Notes under the pieces: generated by a model
What the model was told of the DNA's origin: nothing
Databases searched by the model: none
Seen by the model: only the letters and a program-made list of their open reading frames with translations
Source: an uncultured Prevotella sp.
GTDB taxonomy: Bacteria > Bacteroidota > Bacteroidia > Bacteroidales > Bacteroidaceae
NCBI GenBank assembly: GCA_900553285.1
Contig: USCX01000001.1
Coordinates: forward strand, 1 to 56,260
Direction of reading: 5' to 3'
DNA: 56,260 bases
Part shown: positions 31,902 to 41,835 of the stretch, in pieces
Layout of the letters: every line of letters begins with the position of its first letter
Position numbering within the stretch: position 1 is the stretch's first letter
Program-made: the position numbers and the translations under genes

Positions 31902-32528
31902 ATGAATTTATATGTCCGTTATTTTGACCAAGAGACCTTAGCGTGCAGTGTTGATGAGGTGATAGATTTTCTTTCTTCCATTCCTGAGATAGTCGTCACG
32001 CCTGCGCTGATAACAGACATCCAAGAATATGCGGCCAGTGATATGCCGTATCCCAAACGCTACAAAGTCCGTCCCCGTATTTATTTTATCCTGATAAAGA
32101 CCATAGCCAAGTCGCTCGCTGAGTTCAAAATGAACAAGAAGTCTGCTGCGTCGCCCGAAGTGAGTGAGGCACAGGCGCGCAAGGAGAACCGGTTGAGCCA
32201 GCTCAATTATGTGCAGCCGGGATGGTACGAAGGGGCAATCACGTTTAAGCGCGTCATCCCGATACCCGGCACCACGAAATTCCAGTATCAGGACACCCGT
32301 TTCTCGGCTTATGTCAAAGCGGAAAGTGCGCAGCACTGCTACGAGCGTATTGTGAATCACCTGAAAAACCGTCAGGATGTGGACCTCAGAAGTCAGTTCC
32401 CCTCTTCCAAGGGAAACAGTTTCACCTATCGTTTCATCGGTGATACGCTTCCTGATGTCCCGTCACGGCCTGAGCCTGTGCAAGTCGAAGATTCCCCGAT
32501 ATTCGACGGGCAGTATTATAATGACTGA
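31902..32528 (+). CDS. Hypothetical protein
   Basis: Protein-like soluble ORF (MNLYVRYFDQE...) after an AT-rich leader; no motif I recognise. Confidence 0.75.
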   Translation: MNLYVRYFDQETLACSVDEVIDFLSSIPEIVVTPALITDIQEYAASDMPYPKRYKVRPRIYFILIKTIAKSLAEFKMNKKSAASPEVSEAQARKENRLSQLNYVQPGWYEGAITFKRVIPIPGTTKFQYQDTRFSAYVKAESAQHCYERIVNHLKNRQDVDLRSQFPSSKGNSFTYRFIGDTLPDVPSRPEPVQVEDSPIFDGQYYND

Positions 32529-32553
32529 ATAGCGGGTGATAATATAAACGAGG

Positions 32554-32598
32554 TTTCCCGCCGCGCGTCGTGCAACAGGACGGACGCGCGGCGGGAAA
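32554..32598. terminator. Hairpin between convergent genes
   Basis: TTTCCCGCCGCGCGTC / GACGCGCGGCGGGAAA inverted repeat. Confidence 0.75.
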
Positions 32599-32608
32599 TT
32601 CCGTTTTC

Positions 32609-32908
32609 TTAAAAGGCGTAGTCCACACAGCTGCGGCCTGCCAGATAAGGTTTCAGTGCTCCTGAAACTTTCAGGTGCTCGGGGTGGGTGGAATACAGGC
32701 GCACGTCGTCAAGCGAGTCGAAGTCTCCGTTCAGGCAAATGTCCCATTGTTCGTCTTCGTTGAGGTTAAAGCCGACTTCAATGTGGCGGATGCAGGAGAT
32801 GACAGCCGGAAGGGCTTCGATGCCATTTTTGAATTGCGTCATGGCGGTGCGTTTCTCGTTTTCGGGGAGCTCTTTCTTCAATTGGAAGAGTACAATATGC
32901 CTAACCAT
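32609..32908 (-). CDS. Dabb family (stress-responsive A/B barrel) protein
   Basis: MVRHIVLFQLK, F.SLDD...Y..HPEH, VDY. Confidence 0.9.
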   Translation of the reverse strand: MVRHIVLFQLKKELPENEKRTAMTQFKNGIEALPAVISCIRHIEVGFNLNEDEQWDICLNGDFDSLDDVRLYSTHPEHLKVSGALKPYLAGRSCVDYAF

Positions 32909-32961
32909 AGCTTTTATAGTTTATTGAGAAGTTGTAACTTTGCCTGCAAAAGTACTAATAA

Positions 32962-34197
32962 TTGCGACGTAGCCTGTATCTTTTCTTTTTGTTGTTGCTG
33001 TGTGCGGCGTGTCAGCATACGCCGGAACAGACAGACAATGCGGCCTTTGCTCCGTCTGGTGAGACGAAGTCTTCGGCCTACGACCTGACGCGCATTCAGG
33101 AGGCAGGCGAACTGATAGTCGCCACGTTGAGCGGCCCTGAAAGCTATTATGAATATCACGGTCGCGTCCTTGGTTTGCAGTATTATCTGGCCGAGCATTT
33201 TGCCCAGCGTATCGGTGTCCGTTTGCGCGTCGAAATTTACCGCGATTCGGCAGAACTATGCCGGGCCTTGTCTAAGGCCGAAGTGGACATCGTCGCCTAT
33301 CCCGTGTCTGTCGGTTACATAAAGAAGAACCATCTTGTCCCTGTCGGTGTGACCGGCAGGGGTGGAAATGCGTCGTGGGCCGTGCGCGACGATACACCGG
33401 AACTGGCGTGTGCCTTGAAAGAGTGGTATACGCCCGATCTGGCCGGTCGGCTGTTCCGTCAGGAGGAGACGCAGCAGAAAGAGCGCCGCCAAGTGAAGAG
33501 GCGTGTCCGTGCCCGCTATTTGTCACGGGCAAAAGGAATTATCTCGGAGTATGATGCCCATTTCAAAGCCGCATCGCGGGTGACGGGATGGGACTGGAAA
33601 CTGATAGCGGCCCAGTGTTACCAGGAGTCGGGCTTCGATCCGCAAGCAGTTTCCTGGGCGGGGGCGCAGGGGCTCATGCAGATCATGCCCGGCACAGCCC
33701 GGCATCTCGGTCTTTCTGCCGAACGGATTTACGACCCGGCGGAGAATGTGGCCGCTGCGGCACGTTATATCCGCGAGTTGTCTGAGAGTTTCCGTGAAAT
33801 ACGCGATCCGAACGAGCGTCTGAAATTTGTGCTTGCCGCTTACAACGGTGGATATTATCACATCCGCGATGCCATGTCGCTCTGCCGGAAATATGGAAAG
33901 AACCCCGCCCGTTGGGAAGATGTGAGCGGTTTTGTGCTTTGTTTGAGCCAGCCCCGTTATTATCGTGACCCTGTGGTCAAACATGGTTACATGATCGGGA
34001 GCGAGACCCACAATTACGTGGCGTCGGTGTTGGACATTTGGCGTTCCTATGGCGGCGTGCCGGGGATGGGGGCCGGCACAGCCGGTGGCGCATCGTATTC
34101 CGAGCCTAAACGGGCGACGAAACGCAATCGCTTCACGAAGAAAATGACAATCATCCGGCCTACGGATGCCGAATTCAACGAGGTGGATGGAGGGTAG
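32962..34197 (+). CDS. MltF-like lytic transglycosylase lipoprotein (solute-binding domain + SLT domain)
   Basis: Lipobox CAAC, QESGF, GAQGLMQIMP, AAYNGG, ETHNYV; TTG start. Confidence 0.88.
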   Translation: MRRSLYLFFLLLLCAACQHTPEQTDNAAFAPSGETKSSAYDLTRIQEAGELIVATLSGPESYYEYHGRVLGLQYYLAEHFAQRIGVRLRVEIYRDSAELCRALSKAEVDIVAYPVSVGYIKKNHLVPVGVTGRGGNASWAVRDDTPELACALKEWYTPDLAGRLFRQEETQQKERRQVKRRVRARYLSRAKGIISEYDAHFKAASRVTGWDWKLIAAQCYQESGFDPQAVSWAGAQGLMQIMPGTARHLGLSAERIYDPAENVAAAARYIRELSESFREIRDPNERLKFVLAAYNGGYYHIRDAMSLCRKYGKNPARWEDVSGFVLCLSQPRYYRDPVVKHGYMIGSETHNYVASVLDIWRSYGGVPGMGAGTAGGASYSEPKRATKRNRFTKKMTIIRPTDAEFNEVDGG

Positions 34198-37100
34198 TGC
34201 GGCGTCTTTTCTTGGCGAATTACAGGCCCTGCGTGATGAGCAGGTGGACCTCGTTTCGCGCTACAAGCAGTTGTACGAACTGCTCCGGCGTGTATGTGTG
34301 GCTGAGACGGCCGACGGTCACGTCGAATACTCCGGGCTTTTTTCGAGACTGTATGCGGTTTGCCGTCATCGTCAGATAGACTATCATGCCGTCGACCGCG
34401 TAAGGCGTAACGCGCGCCGCGTGTTGAGCGGCGAAGTCCCACCCGATGCTGAAACCTTCCGTAGCGATTGGGCCAGCCTTTGCCGCTGGTTGTCATGCTT
34501 GTACGCGTTCGACCTCCCGGCCGGTTGGGCAGAAACGCTCAACGCGATAGAAAATCCGGTCACGTTGACAGGAAAAACGGTCACGTTGACTGATGAGCGT
34601 CACCGGCGATTGCGTCTGACCGTGTTGGAAACCGACGAAACGGGCTTTACGGCTGTGGCTTCACAAGGGCCGTCGGATGAGACATTCCGTGTGGAATGTG
34701 CGGCCGACGAGACCGTGTTGCGCCAGCTTCGCGGTGCAATGCAGGTCAATGTTCTCGACTATGTCCGTCGCGGGCAGTCGCTTTTTCCGGACATGGTCGT
34801 GATCGAACCGGATTTCTTGCTTGACGTCAGCCGTTTGTCCGCCTGCGTAAAACCTTACGGCAGCCATCCTCTGAATTATTTGCTCGACCAGTTTGCGCCC
34901 CGCGCCGTGACGCGTTCCATCTTGCTCGGTGAGGCCGCCAACGGCTTTATGGACGACTGTGTGAATAGCCGGACGGCTGTCCCGGCCCCCGAGGCATACC
35001 AGCGCGCGATGCGCAAACATTTCCGCGAGCATCTGTTGGAATATGCCACCCTCGCCGATCCTGTCGGCCGGGACTATTTTGACACGGCCTATATGCACTT
35101 CCTGCACATTCGGAAAGTGATTGGGGAGAACTTCTCCGTGCCGGACAATATGCTGTCGCCCGATGATTTGGTTCTCGAACCGTCGTTTATTTGTGAGGCA
35201 ATGGGGTTGCGCGGTCGCTTGGATGTGATGAACATCAACCGCCGCAGCGTGGTGGAGTTGAAAAGCGGCCGGGCCGACGACTATGGCCATGCACCCCGCC
35301 CGCAGGCGGCGCATGCGTTGCAGATGGGGCTGTATAAGGCCATTCTGCACTATAACTTCGGATTGCCTTATCACGACATCCGCACTTTCTTGCTCTATTC
35401 CCGCTATCCTTTGCTTTACGACGAACGAAGCTCGCACGACGCCATCAAAGGCATCATGCGCCTGCGGAATGCCGTCGTCAGTCTCGAACGGGAGGTGCGT
35501 CGTCATGGCGTGACGCGCATCCTTGACCGGATCACGGTGGAGACGCTCAACGAACGAAAGCTGGGCGGTCGGTTTTTCGAAACTTACTTACGCCCTCCCA
35601 TAGAGCGGATGTGCCGGACCTTGCAGGACCGTGCCCGTGTGACGGACAGAGAGTGCGGATTGGCCGCGCGCTATTTCAATACGTTTCTGGCGTTTTTGAA
35701 GCGCGAGCATTATCTTTCGAAGTTGGGCGATAACCGGCCGGATTCCACCCGGGGCTTCGCGAGGGTGTGGACAGCCGGTGCAAGGGACAAACAGCTGACG
35801 GGCGACCTCCTGTCGGGGCTCTTTCTGCGCGAGGTGGCTGGCGATGAAGGCATCGAACGGCTTGTTTTCTCGCTTCCGGACTACGGTCCGGATTTCCTGC
35901 CGGACTTTTCGGAAGGCGAGATGGTGCAACTTTATGAGTGTGACGGGCCGCATGACAACGTGACGAACCATCAGCTCTTTCGCGGATATATCGAGGAGTT
36001 GTCGGACGAAAGGCTCGTGGTGCGCCTAACTTATAAGCAACGCAACGTGAAGGTGCTCCCGCTCAATCGGAGTTATGCCGTGGAGCACGATAGTTCGGAT
36101 GCCGTGTTCACCCAGGCCTACCGCGGGATATACCAGTTTCTGACGGCGCCCGCCGCCCGCCAGCGTTTGTTGCTCGGGCTTCGTTTGCCCGAGCGGGATG
36201 AAGCGGTCAGATTGTCCGGACGCTATCCGAATGCGGACATCGAAGCCATCGTCCTTGCGGCCAAGCAGGCCCGCGATTGCTATCTCCTTGTCGGTCCTCC
36301 CGGAACGGGTAAGACAAGCGTGGCACTCCGCGCCATGGTCGAAGAGTTCCTCTGTGAGGTGCGGCTTTCACCCGGTCGGAGTTTGCTGTTGACGGCGTAC
36401 ACCAATAGGGCCGTAGATGAAATCTGTCAGATGTTGGACACGCTTGTGCCTGCCGTAGACTATGTGCGTATAGGCGTGGAGCAAACGTGTGCGCTGGCCT
36501 ATCGTCCGCACCTTCTTTCGCAGTGGGCGGCTCGTTTTACACGGAGTGAAGAAGTGACGCAGGCTCTGCGTCTCGTTCCCGTCGTAGTCGGAACGGTGGC
36601 CACGATGTCGGGCCATCAGGAGCTCTTGGCTTTCAAGCGTTTCGATGCTGTCATCATTGATGAGGCGTCGCAAATTCTCGAACCCCAGTTGCTTCCGCTT
36701 TTGGCTGCATCAGCCGACGGGCAGCCGCTGATTGGTAAATTCATAATGATCGGCGACCACAAGCAGCTCCCTGCCGTAGTCATGCAGTCAGAACGTGACA
36801 CGAGGGTGACCGATGAGCATCTGCTTCGGGTTGGGCTGACTGATCTGGGCAATTCGCTCTTTGAGCGGTTGTATGGGCTATACCGGCGTGCGGGGCGCAG
36901 CGACTGTTACGGATGGCTTGACCGCCAGGGCCGGATGCATCCCGCCATCTGTCGTTACGTCAACCACCTTTTTTACGGCGACAGGCTGCGTTCCGTACCT
37001 TTGCCGCATCAATTGGGCGACCTTCCGTTCCGGCAGAAAGGCGAGGGACTGTCCCGGCTTATTGCTCATGTGCGGGTCGGTTTCCTTCCGGTGCGCTTGT

Positions 37101-37591
37101 CCCGGCCGTCGGGCAACCATAAGGCCAATATGGCCGAGGCCGAAGCGGTAGCGTCGTTGGTGGCAGCCATCGGACACCTGTATGAATTAAACGGACTGCC
37201 TTTTGATGTGGCTCGCCAGGTGGGGGTTATTGTGCCGTTCCGCAATCAGATAGCGTTAGTGAGGCGTTGTCTGGCCCAGCGCGGCGTGGCATGTGCCGAC
37301 CGCATCACAGTGGATACGGTGGAGTGCTATCAAGGCAGTCAGCGCGACCACATTATATTTAGTACGACCATCAGCAAACCTTATCAGTTAGGGTTGCTTT
37401 CAGCTGTGCAGTATGTAGACGGCCGGCCTGTCGACCGGAAGTTGAATGTCGCAGTGACCCGTGCCCGCATGCAGCTCCTCGTGGTGGGCGACGACCGGTT
37501 GCTTTGTCGCAATCCCCTTTATCGGGAATTGATTGCCTCTTCCGTTGTCCTTCCCGAACATATACAAGAATCAAATTCACCTATAACATGA
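34187..37591 (+). CDS. Dna2-like PD-(D/E)XK nuclease fused to an SF1B (Upf1-like) helicase
   Basis: GRLD..VELKSG and HALQMGLY (nuclease); GPPGTGKT, TNRAVD, DEASQ, GDHKQL, QGRMH, NVAVTRAR (helicase). Confidence 0.88.
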   Translation: MEGSAASFLGELQALRDEQVDLVSRYKQLYELLRRVCVAETADGHVEYSGLFSRLYAVCRHRQIDYHAVDRVRRNARRVLSGEVPPDAETFRSDWASLCRWLSCLYAFDLPAGWAETLNAIENPVTLTGKTVTLTDERHRRLRLTVLETDETGFTAVASQGPSDETFRVECAADETVLRQLRGAMQVNVLDYVRRGQSLFPDMVVIEPDFLLDVSRLSACVKPYGSHPLNYLLDQFAPRAVTRSILLGEAANGFMDDCVNSRTAVPAPEAYQRAMRKHFREHLLEYATLADPVGRDYFDTAYMHFLHIRKVIGENFSVPDNMLSPDDLVLEPSFICEAMGLRGRLDVMNINRRSVVELKSGRADDYGHAPRPQAAHALQMGLYKAILHYNFGLPYHDIRTFLLYSRYPLLYDERSSHDAIKGIMRLRNAVVSLEREVRRHGVTRILDRITVETLNERKLGGRFFETYLRPPIERMCRTLQDRARVTDRECGLAARYFNTFLAFLKREHYLSKLGDNRPDSTRGFARVWTAGARDKQLTGDLLSGLFLREVAGDEGIERLVFSLPDYGPDFLPDFSEGEMVQLYECDGPHDNVTNHQLFRGYIEELSDERLVVRLTYKQRNVKVLPLNRSYAVEHDSSDAVFTQAYRGIYQFLTAPAARQRLLLGLRLPERDEAVRLSGRYPNADIEAIVLAAKQARDCYLLVGPPGTGKTSVALRAMVEEFLCEVRLSPGRSLLLTAYTNRAVDEICQMLDTLVPAVDYVRIGVEQTCALAYRPHLLSQWAARFTRSEEVTQALRLVPVVVGTVATMSGHQELLAFKRFDAVIIDEASQILEPQLLPLLAASADGQPLIGKFIMIGDHKQLPAVVMQSERDTRVTDEHLLRVGLTDLGNSLFERLYGLYRRAGRSDCYGWLDRQGRMHPAICRYVNHLFYGDRLRSVPLPHQLGDLPFRQKGEGLSRLIAHVRVGFLPVRLSRPSGNHKANMAEAEAVASLVAAIGHLYELNGLPFDVARQVGVIVPFRNQIALVRRCLAQRGVACADRITVDTVECYQGSQRDHIIFSTTISKPYQLGLLSAVQYVDGRPVDRKLNVAVTRARMQLLVVGDDRLLCRNPLYRELIASSVVLPEHIQESNSPIT

Positions 37592-40065
37592 TGAAAAAGC
37601 TGTTTTCAATTGTGCTGGCGCTGGCCCCATGCGGTTTGTCGGCCGACACCCTGACCGTTTCCCGAGCGACCTTATTGCGTAGCTTCGACCTGCATGAACC
37701 CTATCGGACGGATTCGGTCAACATGAGGCGCGATACGTTTAACCTTGATGACTTCATGCGTCGTAACCTGCCTGCGCGTTTCCGTCTGACGGGCGACGAG
37801 AAAACGGTGACGCTGGGCAAGAGCCTGCCGGCTACCGGTGCGGGCACATTGCGCGTCATGCAGTTTTCGGTGGACGCTGTGCGCTTCACGAAGGCCACGC
37901 TCAAAGTGAGCGGTGTCAAAACGTATAAGGCCTATATCGGTGACGAAGAAATCAAAGGCGAGCAGAAACTTACGCCGGGCACAAAGGATGTCCGTCTGGC
38001 CGTGCTGACTACGCCGCAGCATGCCGATACCTTGCGTGTTGAGTGGGTAGGCGATGATCTGGACGCTTTGCGGTTTACGACAGAGGGCAAGCGGATGTAT
38101 ACGATGTCCGAGATGCTTTATGGTCCTCACTATCGCAGCGTCAGCCTTTCGCCATCCGGAAAATACCTGATAACCGGTTATTATACGACCTTGCCCGGCG
38201 GGAAAAACCTGTTCCGCACGACAGTGACCGAAACACTTTCCGGGCGCGTCTTGTGGCAGCAGGATGAGGCTGCCGGCCTGCGGTGGATGCCTCGCAAGGA
38301 CCTGCTCTTCTTCACCCGGCAGTCGGCCGAAGGACGGCAGTTCGTGACGCTCGACCCCGAGTCCGGCATAGAGAAGGTGCGGGCAACGGGACTTCCCGAG
38401 GGCAGTTTCACCGTGTCCCCTGACGGCACGTACCTTGTGTTTACAGTGGTCGACGAGGGACCGAAGGACGCCGGGGCCATGAAGCGCATCTACATGCCCG
38501 ACGACCGGATGCCGGGATGGCGGAACCGTACGGCACTTTATCGTTTTGACCTCGCCTCCGGGTTTATGCAGCGTCTGACATTCGGCTCGTGCAGTGCCTG
38601 GCTGAATGACATCTCGCCCGATAGCCGCCGTCTGCTCGTTGCTTACAGTCGTCAGGACTTGACGCGCAGCCCGTTCGACCGTATGACCTTTGTCGAGATC
38701 GATGTGAACACGATGAAGGTCGATACGTTGCTGGCCGACACCGCATTCCTTGCCAGTGCCATTTACGCGCCAGACGGAAGCCGGATAGTGGTAAAGGGCT
38801 CTCCTGCCTGTTTCGGCGGCATCGGCAGCGAGGTGAAGGAGGGGCAAACGCCTAATGCGTTCGATTATCGCCTTTATCTCTATGACCCCAAGCGCCGTGA
38901 GGCTACGCCCTTGTTGCGCCACTTTGCTCCATCGGTGGAACATGTGGAATGGCCGGAAGGTGCGGACCGTCTCGTCTTTACGGCGACAAATGGGGACGGC
39001 CTTGACCTTTATACGCTTGTTCCCGACGGATCGGCCCCCGTCCGGTATGAATTGCCTGTCAGCTATGTCCAAGGTTATAGCGTAGACAGTAAGGCGGACC
39101 ACGTCGTCTTTTATGGGCAGACCGCTGTGCGGGCCCGCGATCTCTATGCGGCGGAACTGAGCCGTCGGCGTCCTGAAACGCAGCGTATCGGTGAGATAGA
39201 CTTTGACCAGGTAGTGAAAGGCGTGGCCATCGGCGAATGTAAGGATTGGGACTTCACGACTGCCGACGGCGACACAATCCGAGGCTTTTATTTCCTGCCC
39301 CCGGATTTTGAGGCCAGTCGGAAATATCCTTTGCTCGTTTATTATTATGGCGGGTGTACTCCCACGTCGCGCATGTTGGAGTTCCAATATCCCTTCCAGG
39401 TCTTTGCGTCGCAGGGCTACGTCGTCTATGTGGTCGAGCCAAGCGGCGCCATAGGGTACGGGCAGGAGTTCGCGGCCCGTCACGTAAATGCGTGGGGACG
39501 GCGCACTGCGGATGAAATCATTGAAGGAACGAAGCGTTTTTTGAAGGCACATCCGTTCATTGACAGCACGAAGGTCGGATGTATGGGGGCTTCGTACGGA
39601 GGTTTTATGACGCAGTATCTTCAAACGCAGACACAGTTGTTTGCAGCAGCTGTGTCGCATGCGGGCATTAGCAACCTGACCAGCTATTGGGGTGGCGGCT
39701 ATTGGGGCTATTCTTATGGCGAGGCTGCACAATATGGCAGTTTCCCGTGGAATCGTCCAGACCTCTATGTCGGTCAGTCGCCTCTGTTCCATGCCGACAA
39801 GATACGTACGCCGCTTCTCCTGCTCCATGGCACAGCTGATACGAACGTTCCGACGAACGAGAGTGTACAGCTCTTTACCGCGTTGCGTATCCTGGGCCGT
39901 CCGGTCGCCCTTGTCGAGGTGGACGGCGAAAATCACGTTATTGTCGACCAGCAGAAGCGTCTGGAGTGGCAGAACGTCATTTTTGCCTGGTTCGCCAAAT
40001 GGCTTAAAGGCGACAGCGCGTGGTGGGATGACCTCTATCCGGCCGACGCGGAGGAAAAGGACTGA
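37588..40065 (+). CDS. S9 family (prolyl oligopeptidase/acylaminoacyl) peptidase, exported
   Basis: Signal peptide; beta-propeller SPDG repeats; GASYGG, HGTADTNV, GENH catalytic triad. Confidence 0.92.
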   Translation: MMKKLFSIVLALAPCGLSADTLTVSRATLLRSFDLHEPYRTDSVNMRRDTFNLDDFMRRNLPARFRLTGDEKTVTLGKSLPATGAGTLRVMQFSVDAVRFTKATLKVSGVKTYKAYIGDEEIKGEQKLTPGTKDVRLAVLTTPQHADTLRVEWVGDDLDALRFTTEGKRMYTMSEMLYGPHYRSVSLSPSGKYLITGYYTTLPGGKNLFRTTVTETLSGRVLWQQDEAAGLRWMPRKDLLFFTRQSAEGRQFVTLDPESGIEKVRATGLPEGSFTVSPDGTYLVFTVVDEGPKDAGAMKRIYMPDDRMPGWRNRTALYRFDLASGFMQRLTFGSCSAWLNDISPDSRRLLVAYSRQDLTRSPFDRMTFVEIDVNTMKVDTLLADTAFLASAIYAPDGSRIVVKGSPACFGGIGSEVKEGQTPNAFDYRLYLYDPKRREATPLLRHFAPSVEHVEWPEGADRLVFTATNGDGLDLYTLVPDGSAPVRYELPVSYVQGYSVDSKADHVVFYGQTAVRARDLYAAELSRRRPETQRIGEIDFDQVVKGVAIGECKDWDFTTADGDTIRGFYFLPPDFEASRKYPLLVYYYGGCTPTSRMLEFQYPFQVFASQGYVVYVVEPSGAIGYGQEFAARHVNAWGRRTADEIIEGTKRFLKAHPFIDSTKVGCMGASYGGFMTQYLQTQTQLFAAAVSHAGISNLTSYWGGGYWGYSYGEAAQYGSFPWNRPDLYVGQSPLFHADKIRTPLLLLHGTADTNVPTNESVQLFTALRILGRPVALVEVDGENHVIVDQQKRLEWQNVIFAWFAKWLKGDSAWWDDLYPADAEEKD

Positions 40066-40176
40066 AATCTTCGGAAATGTAGTTAAAATAGCTGTAAGTT
40101 TGTCCTGATTTGCTGACAGTGCCTATCTTTGTGACCGAGACAACGTCTCAAATGCTCACCTAACTAATTAAACACT

Positions 40177-41454
40177 ATGTGGAACTACAAGAATTGGATA
40201 TCAGTGTTGGCCGTCGGTGCTGTGGTAGCGACGGGATGCAGTAACGATGATGACGGACGTCTGCCCGGGAGCAATCAGATTTCGCCTGAGGTGAAGGCCG
40301 CTTTTGCCGAGCGTTATCCGAATGCGCGCGGCGTCGAGTGGGAGGTGCGCGGAGGCTATGCCGTGGCCGACTTCTCCTATGAGCCGACGGCCGGCGGCCA
40401 GTGGGTGTCGAGCTCGGCCTGGTTTGATCAGACGAACGGGACTTGGTTGATGAGTGAGGACGATTTGCCGTATTCCCGGTTGCCGCAGGCTGTGACGGAT
40501 GCCTTTAAGGCCAGCGAGTATGCCAGTTGGCAGGTGGATGATGTCGATGTCATCCGCCGGCAAGGCGTGACCCTGCTTTATGTCATAGAGGTTGAAAGCG
40601 GACGGCAGGAGATGAGTCTTTATTTCACGGAAGACGGCACCCTCGTCAAGGCTTTGACTGATGGCGGGCAGGGGAACGATTATACGGGTCTTATTCCTTC
40701 GTCGCCCGCCGCCAGCGTGACGGACTATATCCAGGCACATTACCCGGACGCCCGTATCGTTGAAATCGACAGCGACAACGGTCTGACGGAGGTGGAGCTG
40801 GTTGACGCAGGCCGAGTGGTACGTGAGATTGTTTTTGACCGCCAAGGCGCATGGCTGTATACCCAGACCAGTTTGCGTCGCAGTGACCTTCCCGCTGTGG
40901 TGATGGCCGCGTGGTCTTCTTCTGAGTATGCCGAGGAAAACGGCTACCGTTTGGACGATGCGGACTATTTTGAAACAGCCGATGGAGAGGCATACTATCG
41001 GTTGGAACTGGACTCACGTTACGGCGATGTCAAGTTAAGGATAACGCCCGAGGGCCAGTTGTCCGATTATACGCCGGAGGGAGGTTTTGCGGTCTTGAAC
41101 GGTGAGATCGAAGCGGCAGTCCAACGCCTTTATCCCGGTGCAACCATTATGGAGAAAGACTATGAACACGGCTATCTTGAAGTCGACATCCGCCATGATG
41201 GCCGTGAGAAAGAAGTCCTTTTCGACGGCCAGAACAACTGGGTGCTCACTCGATGGGACGTTTCCTACCGTAATCTGCCCGAGGCCGTTGTGCAGGCCTT
41301 CCGCCAGAGCGATTATGCGAATGGAGAGGTAGATGATATTTACTATGCAGAAACGAATACAGGCGCGTGGTACGTGTTTGAAGTGGAGGACAGACGTACG
41401 GACCGCGATTACATCGTTCGCATTACGCCGCAGGGAGAAGTAGTGAACAGTTGA
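40177..41454 (+). CDS. PepSY-like/BLIP-like repeat lipoprotein
   Basis: Lipobox ATGC then SNDDD; repeated LP.AV..AF..S.Y...DD modules. Confidence 0.8.
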   Translation: MWNYKNWISVLAVGAVVATGCSNDDDGRLPGSNQISPEVKAAFAERYPNARGVEWEVRGGYAVADFSYEPTAGGQWVSSSAWFDQTNGTWLMSEDDLPYSRLPQAVTDAFKASEYASWQVDDVDVIRRQGVTLLYVIEVESGRQEMSLYFTEDGTLVKALTDGGQGNDYTGLIPSSPAASVTDYIQAHYPDARIVEIDSDNGLTEVELVDAGRVVREIVFDRQGAWLYTQTSLRRSDLPAVVMAAWSSSEYAEENGYRLDDADYFETADGEAYYRLELDSRYGDVKLRITPEGQLSDYTPEGGFAVLNGEIEAAVQRLYPGATIMEKDYEHGYLEVDIRHDGREKEVLFDGQNNWVLTRWDVSYRNLPEAVVQAFRQSDYANGEVDDIYYAETNTGAWYVFEVEDRRTDRDYIVRITPQGEVVNS

Positions 41455-41484
41455 AGTACCGGCCGGAACATCCCGGCTGAATGA

Positions 41485-41535
41485 AAAGAGGGAACGTCTT
41501 GCCGACAGAGCGTCGGAGGCGTTCCCTCTTTTTTT
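41485..41535 (+). terminator. Intrinsic terminator
   Basis: AAAAGAGGGAACGTCT / AGGCGTTCCCTCTTTT stem plus T-run. Confidence 0.8.
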
Positions 41536-41835
41536 CACGTAGGATACCGCGGGGAACGCCGCCATCGGGGAAAAGGCACGCAGTGTCCGTTTTTCCGGTC
41601 GCCGCCATCAGGAAAACGCCCGCTGCGGTAGAATGATGAAGTGGGGCAGTGGGAAACGGAATACGGGAAAGCCGGCCCGGAAGAAGGCTACTCCTGATGG
41701 CTTGCGCTGCATGGGGAGTGTGTTGAAATGTGATAAATTCGAGGTATGGCGCGTAAAAAACGAATGGTCATGTGTGATAATTATGGAGAAATGCGTAAGT
41801 TTGTCCTAATTAATTCTGAATAAAATCTATATACC

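Noticed and set aside
37672..39936. 754-aa antisense ORF opposite the S9 peptidase
   Set aside because: Codon-aligned shadow of a high-GC3 gene with no recognisable motifs. The same applies to the other long antisense ORFs (e.g. 22970-23881, 49518-50393, 53328-54224).
41540..41700. Possible cobalamin riboswitch or repeat (CGCCGCCATC twice) upstream of udk
   Set aside because: B12-box elements are not convincingly present or in order, and udk's -7 box (41796) lies downstream of the region.
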